Source: Octopus sinensis (lineage: Eukaryota). From it: a stretch of 64,000 bases of DNA. A program made the translations under genes and the position numbers. The notes under the pieces were generated by a model. It saw only the letters and a list, made by a program, of their open reading frames with translations, searched no databases and had not been told where the DNA came from. This document shows, piece by piece, positions 40,024 through 53,122 of the stretch (positions are counted from its first letter, which is position 1; each line of letters starts with the position of its first letter). The stretch covers positions 12,027,360-12,091,359 of the forward strand of contig NC_043019.1 in the NCBI RefSeq assembly GCF_006345805.1. Reading direction: 5' to 3'.

Positions 40024-40808
40024 AATAACTTTTATCTCAGTATTCTGAGTTCAAATCTTGCCAAGGTAGACTTAGCTGTTCAACCCTCAATAACTTTTAT
40101 CTCAGTATTCTGAGTTCAAATCTTGCCAAGGTAGACTAGCTGTTCAACCCTCAATAACTTTTATCTCAGTATTCTGAGTTCAAATCTTGCCAAGGTAGAC
40201 TTAGCTGTTCAACCCTCAATAACTTTTATCTCAGTATTCTGAGTTCAAATCTTGCCAAGGTAGACTTAGCTGTTCAACCCTCAATAACTTTTATCTCAGT
40301 ATTCTGAGTTCAAATCTTGCCAAGGTAGACTTAGCTGTTCAACCTCAATAACTTTTATCTCAGTATTCTGAGTTCAAATCTTGCCAAGGTAGACTTAGCT
40401 GTTCAACCCTCAATAACTTTTATCTCAGTATTCTGAGTTCAAATCTTGCCAAGGTAGACTTAGCTGTTCAACCCTCAATAACTTTTATCTCAGTATTCTG
40501 AGTTCAAATCTTGCCAAGGTAGACTTAGCTGTTCAACCCTCAATAACTTTTATCTCAGTATTCTGAGTTCAAATCTTGCCAAGGTAGACTTAGCTGTTCA
40601 ACCCTCAATAACTTTTATCTCAGTATTCTGAGTTCAAATCTTGCAAGGTAGACTTAGCTGTTCAACCCTCAATAACTTTTATCTCAGTATTCTGAGTTCA
40701 AATCTTGCCAAGGTAGACTTAGCTGTTCAACCCTCAATAACTTTTATCTCAGTATTCTGAGTTCAAATCTTGCCAAGGTAGACTTAGCTGTTCAACCCTC
40801 AATAACTT
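40024..40808. repeat. 65-bp minisatellite x 12, SINE-B derived
   Basis: Units start at 40024, 40089, 40153, ... 40736; near-identical apart from three 1-nt deletions; each contains GAGTTCAAATC. Confidence 0.97.
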
Positions 40809-41047
40809 CCAGGCATTATGAAACTAAAGTTGGCGCAATTCTTTCTTTAATTTTACTTGTTTCACTCATTACACTTTGGCCATGTTCGAGTGTCACCTTA
40901 AAAGCCTTTTATCAATAAAATCAACTTTAGTATTCATTTTGGTTTGGTACTTATTCTATCAATCTCTTTTTTGCTGAACAGCTTAATTTACAAGGATGTA
41001 AGATTGTTCTCATAAACTAAAGAAGGTCTGGATCTCCAAATTGTCCA

Positions 41048-41423
41048 GGCACAAGAGTGGCTGTGTGGTAAGTAGCTTGCTTACGAACCACATAGTTCTG
41101 CGTGGCACCTTGGGAAAGTGTCTTCTACTATAGCCTTGGGCTGACCAAAGCCTTGTGAGTGGATTTGGTATATGGAAACTGAAAGAAGCCCGTCATGTAT
41201 ATGGGTATGTGTGTTTGTGTGTCTGTGTTTGTCTCCCCAACATCGCTTGACAACCGATGCTGGTGTATTTATGTCCCCGTAACTTAGCGGTTTGGCAAAA
41301 GAGACCGATAGAATAAGTACTAGGCTTACAAATACTAAGTCCTGGGGTTGATTTGCTTGACTAAAGGCGGTGCTCCATCATGGCCGCAGTCAAATGACTG
41401 AAACAAGTAAAAGAGTAAAAGAG
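41048..41423 (+). mobile_element. SINE family A
   Basis: Head, body and tail match the family. Confidence 0.85.
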
Positions 41424-41431
41424 GTGAATCA

Positions 41432-41820
41432 AAATGAAGCCGTTCACTGCAACTGTTGAATCAGTGCTGCTACATGGGAGTGAAACATGGACACTGACAA
41501 AGAAATTATCAAACGGGATAAATGGATTCTACACAAGGACACTACGAATGGCCCCAAATGTGAAATGGCAGCAACATATGACAAATGAATGCCTTTATGG
41601 AAACCTGCTGAAAGTTAGCAAGAAAATCAGGCAGAGATGGGTGTGATCATCTGGTCACTGCATGTCCCACCCTGGGCTGGAAGCATGCAAATTAGTCTTG
41701 TGGAACCCACTTCATGGTGATGTAAAAAGAGGAAAATGCTGTCACACTTTCATCAACAACTTGATTGCAGACACTGTTCTGGAATGTATCCAGGACCTTG
41801 AGGCAGTGATGATGGTCTGA
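41432..41820 (+). mobile_element. RTE LINE C-terminal fragment
   Basis: ATVESVLLHGSETWTLTKKL...YTRTLRMAPNVKWQQHMTNECLYGNL. Confidence 0.8.
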
Positions 41821-42492
41821 GGGGTGTAGCCTGTGGACTTGGTTGCTGCAGCCTGGGTTGGAACCTGGTCGTAGTAGCAGTAGCAGTAGCAGTAGCAGCA
41901 GCAGCCATTCAAGAATTTGGGATCTGGAGATCTCCATTTCCAGCGACTTCGAGGGCCATCTCCCAGTGGTGTCGGGCGTCAACGAAGAGCCCTCGACTAC
42001 AACAAGACGACCAAAGTTTTTTTTTTATCCAAGGTCTGGGGTCTCCCGCCCCTAAGCCCTAGACCATCACCTAATCACCCTTACCCGTCTTGTTGCTTAA
42101 CAACAACAACAGCAGCAACAGCAGCAGCAGTAGTAGTAGTAGTGTGTATGTGCCTTTGTCTTGACATTGTGTGATGGCTGTAAACAAGCATCACCATTAT
42201 ACCAGTAGAATTGTTTGTTTCCAGTGTTCATTAAAAATCATGTTTGGCCATGGAGAAATATTTCTTTGCTTAGAAACAAGAGTTGATGGCAGGAAGGGCA
42301 TCTGGCTTTAGAAAATCTGCTTCAACAGTTTCCTTCTGACCCATGCAAGCATGGAAAAAGTGGATGTTAAAAAAATTAATGATTACTTATTTATTTATTT
42401 ATTTATTTATTTATTATTTAATTATTCAGTTATTGTTTTGATTGAAAAAAATTTAACTTAAATGAAATAAACTGTTTTTTTTTAAATTTCAG

Positions 42493-42561
42493 ATTTTACT
42501 GGAACCCTATAATTACATTTCTCAGATTCCTGGGAAGCAGTTCCGTACACGACTCACGCAA
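42493..42561 (+). CDS. GGPS1: GGPS1 coding exon (ILLEPYNYISQIPGKQFRTRLTQ)
   Basis: ttcag acceptor, GTAAGT donor; matches the GGPPS N-terminal motif ILLEPYxYxxQxPGKQxR. Confidence 0.96.
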
Positions 42562-42871
42562 GTAAGTCTTAAGACCCTCATCAACTCCTCCCCCCTCTAT
42601 ACCGCAAGTTATGAAATTTTTGCCATTTGTAAAAAGGCTGCCTATATTTGTTGTGCAGTTCATTTTCTTCCCATGATAACTATCTGCCTTTCAAACTACG
42701 CCTACTCATTCAAACCTTGATTGCATCAGACACAGTTGCTAAACCGTCTTGTTGACATTACCAGCCTGAAAAATAGTGAAATATATTCACTATTTTGGTC
42801 AGGAAACCTTGAATAAACTGAATTCCACAAGGCTTTTTATGTGCTTCTTATAATATACACACATACATAAA

Positions 42872-43238
42872 CAGGAGTGGCTGTGTGGTAAGTAGCTTGC
42901 TTACCAACCACATGGTTTTGGGTTCAGTCCCACTTCGTGGCACCTTCGGTAAGTGTCTTCTTCTATAGCCTCGGGCCAACCAAAGCCTTGTGAGTGGATT
43001 TGGTAGATGGAAACTGAAAGAAGCCCGTCGTATATATATGTGTGTGTGTGTGTTTCCCAACATCGCTTCACAACCGATGCTGGTGTGTTTACGTCCCTGT
43101 AACTTAGCGGTTTGGCAAAAGAGACTGATAGAATAAGTACTAGGCTTCCAAAGAATAAGTCCTAAGGTCGACTTGCTCGACTAAAGGCGGTGCTCCAGCA
43201 TGGCCTCAGTCAAATGACTGAAACAAGTAAAAGAGTAA
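42872..43238 (+). mobile_element. SINE family A
   Basis: A and B boxes and tail. Confidence 0.88.
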
Positions 43239-44189
43239 TATATATATATATATATTAGCCTTCAGGCTAAAACATTTTTAAGGATTTAAGGATATATATA
43301 TATATAAATATTTGTATATGCAAAAATGGCCACTTTGCCCAATCTCCTCATACCATTCCTCACCCCACCCCCATTATCTCTCTCATTACAGCTGTTCCTT
43401 GGCACCAATTTTTTTCTCACCACCCAGACCCATTTTACTTGTTAGCCATTCTTCATCCATTAACATTTTTCTCTCCACCCACATGTTACATTGATCATCT
43501 GCTATGCCTATGCCACTCATTAGAAATAATCCTAATGATTCCCAAATCAACTCTCCCTTCATCCAATACCCTTTAAGCAGAGGCAGCGCCTGTTATTACA
43601 TTGTTTGTGCATGTGTGTGTGTGGGGGGTAAGTGTTAAATGATGGGAGATGCTAATATTGCCATCTGCCAGAAATTTCACATGGTATTGGATAAATACTT
43701 TCACTTGTTATCAAAAGTGGTGTATCTTGCTTTCTTCTGTTTTCAGTAGTAGATAACTTAAATATTTACTAATTAAGACTGCTGTTATTAATGAATAATT
43801 AGCCAATGTATTGAGGTGGTTGGGATACACATATATAACCATATGTACATTTATCAACATACATATTTATATATGTTTCTTTATTACCCACAAGGGGCTA
43901 CACATAGAGGGGACAAACAAGGACAGATAAACGAATTAAGTCGATTACATCGACCCCAGTGCGTAACTGGTACTTAATTTATCGACCCCGAAAGGATGAA
44001 AGGCAAAGTCGACCTCGGCGGAATTTGAACTCAGAACGTAACGACAGACGAAATATGGCTACGCATTTCACCCGGCGTGCTAATGGTTCTGCCAGCTCGC
44101 CGCCTTGTATGTATATAATATGTATATAAATATACATATTTATATATGTGTATGTGACGGAGTCTCCCGTCAGGTTTGACGCACGAGGC

Positions 44190-44440
44190 TCCAACAACCT
44201 ATACTTCCTTTGTCAGTCAAAATGCTTCTGTCAAATGTGACATTTGAGTGCTGCCAATGATTTGCAAAGAAGCCTGCAGATGTTGCAAGCACGAAGATTA
44301 CAGGTCAGTGCAGGTGGTATATTTGCACCTGCTTCTCTCTTTCGCTTTGCACTTCTTAGCCTGTTAACGCTGGTTGACAGAAAGTCTCTTATACCATTTC
44401 AACACGACGATCTCCATTTCGTTTGCCCCAAAGCTGTTTT
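44190..44440 (-). mobile_element. RTE-type LINE C-terminus with a C2H2-like finger
   Basis: FEKTALGQTKWRSSC*NGIRDF...CNICRLLCKSLAALKCHI*QKH. Confidence 0.6.
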
Positions 44441-45761
44441 CTCAAAGGTGTTGGCCATGCTGGGGCATCACCTTGAAGAATTTTAAGCCGAATGAATCGA
44501 CCCCAGTACATTTTGTTTTAAGCCTGGTACTTATTCTCTTGATCTCTTTTGCTGAACTACTAAGTTACAGGGAAGGAAACACACCAGTTGTCAGTTGGTG
44601 GTGGGAAGATATAGTGTGTGTGTGTACACCTACACGCACTCACAAGACAAGGTATAAATAATGATAATTACATATTTTTCCTTTATTAAAGTAAATTTGG
44701 CTTACAGTTGTTTCCTGTAGTCATTATAGGTACATTACTGATAGGTTTTACTCAGTTGGTCTATTGATCTGGTTATAATGTCGGTTGTCAAGCAACGGTA
44801 GGGGTACAAACACAGACAAACAAATACATACATACACACATACATACATACATACACACATACATACATACATACACACATACATACATACATATTAATC
44901 AACCGAAATTGCGAGGATGATCTGGTTCTTGGCTGAGGATAGAAAACTTCGAATGACCCCTCCTTGTTTTTTTGTATCATCTATCTGGATGTTTTGTTGT
45001 CCCTTTTTGTATCACCTAGTTGTCTGGATGTTTTGCATTCTTGTCCCATTTTGTATTTTATATATATATATATAGCGGCGTACGTACACTTTGTTCTCTT
45101 ATATATATATATATATATATACATACAATGGGCTTCTTTCAGTTTCCGTCTACCAAATCCACTCACAAGGCTTTGGTTGGGCCGAAGCTATAGTGGAAGA
45201 CACTTGCCCAAGGTGCCATGTAGTGGGACTGAACCTGGAACCATGTGGTTGGGTAGCAAGCTTCTTACCACACAGACAATCCTGCACCTTTATTTAAAGA
45301 AATAATTTAACGTGGATTTGTCTGTTGATTGCTTTATGGCCCATAGGCATATGAAATCTGGATAAACTTTCGGTATATCTTCACTCACTTCTTTGATGCT
45401 GAAATGAGAGAGTCATTACACATTCCACATCTTGGTATTTTTTACTCTGAACCTAATTTTTAATTTTTGATTCACCAGAAGTAAACATTTTTTTTTCATG
45501 ATGTAACTGAATTATTCATCAATAAGAATTGTGCCTGAAACAGTTGTAGTGAAACTTAACCCATTTGTGTTTCTTTTCCACTTATATATGTATATACATA
45601 TACACATATGTATTGTCCGTATATATATGTGTGTGTGCGTGCGCATGCGCTTGAACACAGAAGTAGAAAAGAAAATGTTGATATGCAAATGAGAGTGATT
45701 TTGAGTTGATACAGATTGTATTTTAGGTCAAGTGACTTGAAGATGTGTATATGCGTGTGAG

Positions 45762-45792
<31 letters not shown>

Positions 45793-48115
45793 ATGTGAGT
45801 GTGTGCATGTGTGCACACGTGCTCCCTCTCGCTTTCTCGCATACACGCACACATACAAAAGCTTCTTTCAGTCTCTGTCTTCTAAATCAGCAAAGCTTTG
45901 GCCAGTCTGAGATTAAAGCAGAAACCACTTGTCCAGGGTTCCTTGCAGTGAGACTGAATCCGAAACCATATTTGTTGGGACAATATGGTTTCGGGTTACA
46001 ATGTAGCCGCTCCTACACCAAGTCTCTGACATATTCTTTTTATATGATGGCGGTATATATAGCGTGATTTAAGTGAGATTTGGTTGGTAATTTTTAGCAT
46101 GTCGAGCAATCATATTGAACCAGCCAACCTTATTTAGCAAAATTTCAGTGAATAGAAAAACTAGGCCAACTCTTCCTATGAGATATTTCATTGAAATACC
46201 AGAAAAGGTTAAGCTTATAAAAGTGGGTGGGGCTTTTTTCTATTTCACCCTTTGCACAAAAGGCTTTCAACGAAACACTAACACCTTGAATAAGGCACTC
46301 CACTCATTACTGTTACAATTATATATATTTTCTGTTTTATTAGTGTTAATTTTTTTCATGTGTGTATACACATACACACATAAATGCATCTCAAGTATAT
46401 TTATGTAATTATTGCAAATAGCTAACTCCATCCACCAGAGTATTAAAGTAACAGTAGATCACCCTAACTACAGACTACCAATTTTCACACACATGTTTGC
46501 GTGATCGTTGCCAGAGCAGCTAACTGGCTTCCATGCTGGTGGCACGTAAAAAGCACCATTCGAACGTGATCGTTACCAGTGTCGCCCTTCTGGCACGTGT
46601 GCCGGTGGCATGTGAAAAGTACACTCGAGTGAGGTCATTGCTAGTGCCGCTGGACTGGCTCCTGTGTAAGTGGCACGTAAAAAAACACCTTTTGAGCATG
46701 GCCGTTGCCAGTACCGCCTGACTGGCCCTCGTGCTGGTGGCATGTAAAAGCACCCACTACACTCTCAGAGTGGTTGGCGTTAGGAAGGGCATCCAGCTGT
46801 AGAAACTCTGCCAGATAAAGATTGGAGTCTGGTGCAGCTATCTGGTTCGCCAGACCTCAGTCAAATTATCCAACCCATGCTAGCATGGAAAGCGGACATT
46901 AAACAACGATGATGATGATGATTGTATAGTATGTAATGTTTTTTTTTGCCCATTCTGTTTGCTAACCAATTAAATGTTGAGCCCATCTTATTCTATCACA
47001 CTGTGTATGATTAATATAGAAAAGTGTGTGTGTGTGTTGTTTTCTCTGCTGATGAGTTAGCAGAATTTCTAGCAAGTCAGAAGTTGAGCTCAGCACATAA
47101 AGTGCTGGAAGAAATACTGTTAAATATTTAGAGCAGTGGTTTTCAAGCAGGTTTCATATAAGATTTTATTGTTAAAATTTACAAGCAATAAACATGTCAT
47201 ATTTCAACAATACACAAAATAATAAATAAATAAATGCGCCCTTTTAAAGCCTAGCCAGGCTCATGGGCCTGGTTTCCCGGTTTCAATGGCGTATGTGTTC
47301 CCCAGCTGGACGGGACGCCAGTCCATCGCAGCTTTACTCATTTTTGCCAGCTGAGTGGACTGGAGCAACGTGAAATGAAGTGTTTTGCTCAAGAACGCAA
47401 CGCGTCGCCCGGTCCAGGAATTGAAACCACAATCTTACGATCATGATGCTGACACCCTAACCACTAAGCCACGTCCCTCCAATACACAAAATACTTAAAC
47501 CTTTTTTTAATAGAATTCCTGATAAATTTAATCATAAAAATATAATAGGGTGTTTTTAGACTATGAACAGCTATGAGGCTCCCTTTCCTCTGATTGAAAG
47601 AGGAATGAAAGGGTCCATAGGCAAAAAATGGTTGAGAATCACCATCCATCCCCTGTAATAATGGTTTCAAAGTTTGGAACAAGGTTAGCAGTTTTAGAGG
47701 ATTTAGTCTGACACTTGAAATTTTGCTAGGTCACTGCTTTAATAATAATAATAATAATGATGATGATGATGATTGTGATGGTGATGGTGGTGGTGGTGGT
47801 GGTGGTGGTGGTGGTGGTGGTGGTGGTGGCGGCGGCGGTGATGATGATTGCTTCTAATTTTGACACAGCAACAGCAATTTTTTGAAGAGAGGAAAAAAGG
47901 AGTGTTAGTAGATTAAATCAGACCTGCTACTTAACTAATACTTCATTTGATCAATCATGGCGGGATTGATAATAGTGAAGTTGATTTCAGTGCAATTTAA
48001 ATACTGAATGTAAAGAGCTAGAACAAAAGACCACCTGGCATTTAGTCCCATACTCCACTGGTTCTGCCACTCCTCACCTTACAATAAATAATAACAGCAA
48101 CAACAATAATAAAAG

Positions 48116-48360
48116 AAAGCAACCATACTCTGGGATATGCCAATACACATAGATAGAGAAATTAAGGCCAATAGGCCAGATATAGTTATCAGAGATCACC
48201 AAGAAAAGGAATGCTTTCTAATCAATGTGACAATACCAACAGAGGACAATGTTTCTATAAAGGAAACGGAAAAACTTTCAAAATACAAAGACCTGGAAAT
48301 AGAGGTAACTCGAATGTGGGGCCTAAAAACAGAAACAATTCCTATTATACTAGGTGCTTG
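48116..48360 (+). mobile_element. Restriction-like endonuclease domain fragment of an R2/R4-group non-LTR element
   Basis: ILWDMPIHIDREIKANRPDIVI...EKLSKYKDLEIEVTRMW...IPIILGA (PD-D/ExK-type motif). Confidence 0.85.
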
Positions 48361-49186
48361 GGTCATCATCACCATCATCATCGTTTAACGTCTGCTTTCC
48401 ATGCTAGCATGGGTTGGACGATTTTGACTGAGGGCTGGCGAACCAGATGGCTGCACCAGGCTCCAATGTGATCTGGCAGAGTTTCTACAGCTGGATGCCC
48501 TTCCTAACGCCAACCACTCGGAGAGTGTAGCGGGTGCTTTTTATGTGCCACTGGCACGGGGGGGGGGGCTAGTCAGGCGGTACTGGCAATGACAACACTG
48601 GATTTGATGTGATCGACTTACCTCTTCTTCGAAAATTGCCGGCCTTGTGCCAAAATTTGAAATCTTTATAAACTGTCAATGTATTAGACAAAGCGCTTAA
48701 TGAAATTTCTTCCATCTGTTTATGTTCTGGGCTCAAATCTGCCAAGTTTGATTTAAACCATTCCTCCTCTTAGGTTCAATAAGTACCAGTTGAACACTTT
48801 GGTGGGGGTGGGGGTTAATGTAATTGATTAGCCCCCATCACCTTAAAATTTCAGGCTTTGTGCCTATTGTAGAAAGGGTCACTACCATCTTACATAATAA
48901 TGATTTCAAATTTTGGGACAAGGCCAGCAAATTCAGGAGAGGGGGGTGGGGGTTAGTCAATACACAATTGGTACTCGACCCCCAATACACAACTGGTACT
49001 TATTTAGTCAACCCCAGAAGGATGATAGGCAAAGTGGACCTCAGTGGAATTTGAACTCAGAACCTACAGACAGACAAAATGCCACTAAGCATCTAAGCTC
49101 AGCATGTTAACGATTCTACTAGCTTGCCACCTTGCCATCCTCTGTAATTATGGAACTAATTGCTAGCAGTCTTCATTGATCATTAT

Positions 49187-49494
49187 GTTTCGAGACTGAC
49201 CATTATAAGACTGACCATTTCAAGACTGACCATTATGAGACTGACCATTTCAAGACTGACCATTATGTTTCGAGACTGACCATTATAAGACTGACCATTT
49301 CAAGACTGACCATTATGAGACTGACCATTTCAAGACTGACCATTATGTTTCGAGACTGACCATTATAAGACTGACCATTTCAAGACTGACCATTATGAGA
49401 CTGACCATTTCAAGACTGACCATTATGTTTCGAGACTGACCATTATGAGACTGACCATTTCAAGACTGACCATTATGTTTCGAGACTGACCATT
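49187..49494. repeat. Higher-order minisatellite of 15/20-bp monomers (80-bp period) ending at the GGPS1 polypyrimidine tract
   Basis: gtttcgag recurs at 49187, 49267, 49347, 49427, 49477; 19 copies of actgac. Confidence 0.95.
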
Positions 49495-49511
49495 TCCTTT
49501 TCTCGTTGCAG

Positions 49512-49597
49512 GCTTTCAATCACTGGCTCAACATTCCTGACACCTTATTACACAACATTTCAGAGATTACACAGATGTTACACAATGCAAGTTTGTT
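49512..49597 (+). CDS. GGPS1: GGPS1 coding exon (AFNHWLNIPDTLLHNISEITQMLHNASL+L)
   Basis: ttgcag acceptor, GTGAGT donor; AFNHWL and MLHNASLL motifs; phase 0 to 2. Confidence 0.97.
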
Positions 49598-50792
49598 GTG
49601 AGTAACTAATTTATCTACTTTTAACATTTGTCGGTGTCATGATCATGTCACTTGTGTTGATTAATCAGCTTTCATTTGTATTTTTATTATCTTTAACTTG
49701 TTTCAGTCACTGGATTGTGGTCATGCTGGTGGTGGTGGTGGTGGTGGTAGGTACCTTAAAGGGTTTAGATCAGTGGTTCTCAATGACAATGACAAGTCAC
49801 TTAACCTCTTGGGGGTCGTTGTGGCACTGCAGCCATGTAGCGTATCCAGGCCAAGAAAGCCTGGTGAAGCCCATCTTTCTCCTGACCAAGCTCATTTCTA
49901 CAGCTGAGTGGACTGGAAGAACATGAAATGAAGTGTTTTGTTCAAGAACACAGTGGGATGCCAGGTGTATGGATTGAAACCACAATCTTACGGTTGTGAA
50001 TCCAACACTCTAACCACTAAGCTATGTGCCTCCACTAGTGGTACTCATTTCTACAGCTGAGTGGACTGGAGCAACATGAAATGAAGTGTTTTGCTCAAGA
50101 ACTCAACACATTGCCTGGTCCAGGAATTGAAATCTCAATCTTACAATCGTGAGTCCAACACCCTAACCACTAAGCCATGCACCTCCACCAGTGGTTCCCA
50201 ACCAGGGTTCATACAAGACTTTTGTGGGTCCATGTAACAAAATAGTGAATTGGGGATCCACTACAGTATTTTAAGAGTCCCTGAAAGGATTTTGCTTTAG
50301 ATGTATGTATTGGTCTGTATTGCAAGAAACAGCCAGGTTTTTTTTCCATAGTTCAACCTACACAAGTTAATGTTGTGAAAAACAAAATAGCCACTCCTCC
50401 GCCTATAACATTTTTCTGTAACATTTTTCTAAAATTTTTCTTGAATAAGCAGAAAGCAACATCAGATCCAGCATGGAAAATTACATCAATATACCAAATT
50501 TGAAAATTTTTGCTTAATTTTAAAATTTCAAAAAGTGTGAGCCAAACAGAAAAGATCCTCTGTTCACACATATTTACATAGTACCTAATTTGATAGCAAT
50601 TTGGACAGCAGTTGTTGTGTTGACTAATCATGACTTTGGTAACCTGCCAAATCTGATATGTATGACCCTGTTTCTATTTTCTGCCTGAAACTGATATTCA
50701 AAATGTCTAACATCATTTATCATATTAATATCTTATCAGCTAATTAATAATCTTTTAATGAAACACCTGTTTTTTTTCCCTCTATTTTCCAG

Positions 50793-50839
50793 AATTGATG
50801 ATATAGAAGATAATTCTAAATTAAGAAGAGGTATTCCAG
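50793..50839 (+). CDS. GGPS1: GGPS1 coding exon with first aspartate-rich motif (IDDIEDNSKLRRGIP)
   Basis: ttccag acceptor, GTAAAC donor; DDIED followed by LRRG is diagnostic of trans-prenyltransferases. Confidence 0.97.
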
Positions 50840-51931
50840 GTAAACCAATAATAATAATAACACTATAACCTTTTCATCATCACCTCCTCCAATGCCTTCT
50901 CCCCTCTCAAAAGTTTTTATTTTTATGTCTTACAAGTACTTGGTGACCCTGTCAGTGCAGGTGCCACTTAAAAGCACCCAGGTCACACTATAAAGTGGTT
51001 GTTGTTCAGAAGGGCATCCAGCTGTAAAAACCTTGCCAAAGCTAACCTCGCCTGTGCTTGTGCCATGCAAAAGCACTACTCACCTCCCCTGTGCTTGTTA
51101 TTTCTTTACTACCCACTAGGGGCTAAACATAGAGGGGACAAACAAGGACAGACAAAGGGATTAAGTCAACTACATTGACCCCAGTGCGTAACTGGTACTT
51201 AATTTATCGACCTCGAAAGGATGAAAGGCAAAGTTGACCTCGGCGGAATTTGAACTCAGAACGTAACGGCAGTCGAAATATCACTAAGCATTTCGCCTGG
51301 TGTGCTAACGTTTTTGATAGCTCACCGCCTCCCCTGTGCTTGTGCCATGTAAAATGCATTAAATCCACTCTGCTGAGTGGTTGATGTTCGGGAGGACATC
51401 CAGCTGTAAAAACCTTGCCGAAACAATCACAGAAGTCTGGTGCAGGCTTTGGCCCAGCTGGCTCTTGTGGTACTGTCCCACCCATGCCAGCATGGAAGAT
51501 GGACGATGATGATGAAGATGAATAATCCTTTATACTATAGGAAGAAGACCTGAAATTTACAAGAGAGAGAGTCAATTACATTGAGCCTTGGGCTCAACTG
51601 ATATGTGTTTTAACTTGGATGAAATGCTGCTCAGCATTTTGTCTGGCATGCTAATGGTTCTGCTTGCTCAACGCCTTAATAAATAATAAGGGTTTGAAAT
51701 TTTGGCACAACGCTAGCAATTGTTGGTGGGAGGGGATGGAAGTCAATTACATCAACCCCAGTGCTCAACTGGTAATTATTTTATCAACCCCCAAAAAGAT
51801 GAAAGGCAAAGTGACCCAAACAACATTTGAACTCAGAATGTTAAGATGAATGAAGTACTGCTAAGCATTTGCCTGGAGTACTTACAAGTCTACCAGTTCG
51901 CCACTTTAATAATAATAATAATAATAATAAT

Positions 51932-52258
51932 AACAAGAGAACTCAGAGAGCACAAACCTCTGCCAAAGCAACACCAACGTCCTCTCAACGATTAGCCGGA
52001 GATGATTTTTAAAATGAGAATATCTGAAATAAACTCGACTGCTCTCACAAACGGGAATACTAAAAATGAACCCAACCACTCTCAAAAATTAAGTAAAAAA
52101 AACTGGAAAAATAATCAAGAATCCTTGTCCGGTACCGGATTGATCCCAAAATCTAATCAGTTCTTGCCAGTTACAAGGCCAATCATCCTGTGGTTCTTGA
52201 GATATCTCAGACAAACATGACTGAAAACAATACCTCCACCTTTGCTAAGGCAGAGGTA
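51932..52258 (+). mobile_element. Helentron-associated (HINE/DINE-1-like) non-autonomous element
   Basis: 5' aacaagag...acctctgccaaagc subterminal repeat; 3' hairpin acctccacctt-tgct-aaggcagaggt; A-rich target; a 5' fragment also lies at about 6290. Confidence 0.5.
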
Positions 52259-52510
52259 ATAATCATTGTTTAATAATGTCCGATTTTCTTTTCATGAATT
52301 GAAATTCTATTTCTCTAATATTCTGTCACCTCACACTCTATCCATTCTGTGCACACAAGCCACTCACACTTTATACTCTTCTTTTCACCCACACTCTACT
52401 TTATTTTCTTACTCACACTCCACATTAGTATCCCTCACTCACACTCTCCTGTTCCCTCATTCACATTCTGCACTCATCTCTCTCTCACTCATTCTCTGTC
52501 TTCCTTACAG

Positions 52511-52627
52511 TCGCTCACAGTATGTTTGGTGTTCCAATCACACTCAATTCGGCGAATTATGTATATTTCTTGGGACTGAAGAAAGTTTTAGATCTCGGAC
52601 ATCCTGATGCAATAACAGTTTTCACAG
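52511..52627 (+). CDS. GGPS1: GGPS1 coding exon (VAHSMFGVPITLNSANYVYFLGLKKVLDLGHPDAITVFT)
   Basis: ttacag acceptor, GTAAGT donor; NSANYVYFLGL motif. Confidence 0.97.
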
Positions 52628-52814
52628 GTAAGTGTGTTAGATTATACCAGCATCTCTGTTTGTGTAACATGTCTGTGTTATGTGCCTGTTTGTGTAATAC
52701 CATAAATCCTATTCTTCATTTTAGAATATGTCCATCCATCCATCTATCTATCTGTCTGTCTGTCTCCTAGTCTGTCATAAGTGTGTGTATGTGTGTGAGT
52801 GTGTGTGTATGTGT

Positions 52815-52870
<56 letters not shown>

Positions 52871-52905
52871 TATATTATATATATATATATATTATATATA
52901 TATAT

Positions 52906-53070
52906 AAAGGGTTATATTTGATAAAAAATTTCACCTAGTAAATTATTATAATTATTATAATCCTTTATTATAATTATTATAATCCTTACCAAATATGGTC
53001 TTTTCCATACGATAAATCTACTAGGTGAAATTTATTAATTTTATTAAATTAATTATATTCCACCCTTTTT
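52906..53070. mobile_element. Small foldback / internally deleted Tc1-mariner-like element inside a (TA)n tract
   Basis: aaagggt...acccttt ends; perfect 15-bp inverted repeat at 52926-52940 and 53019-53033. Confidence 0.5.

Positions 53071-53122
<52 letters not shown>

Noticed and set aside
40024-40808. CRISPR-like regular array
   Set aside because: The entire unit is repeated with no unique spacers; eukaryotic context; SINE-derived
47048-47110. CTGATGA followed by a small hairpin
   Set aside because: No correctly placed GAAA or stem III/I; not a hammerhead
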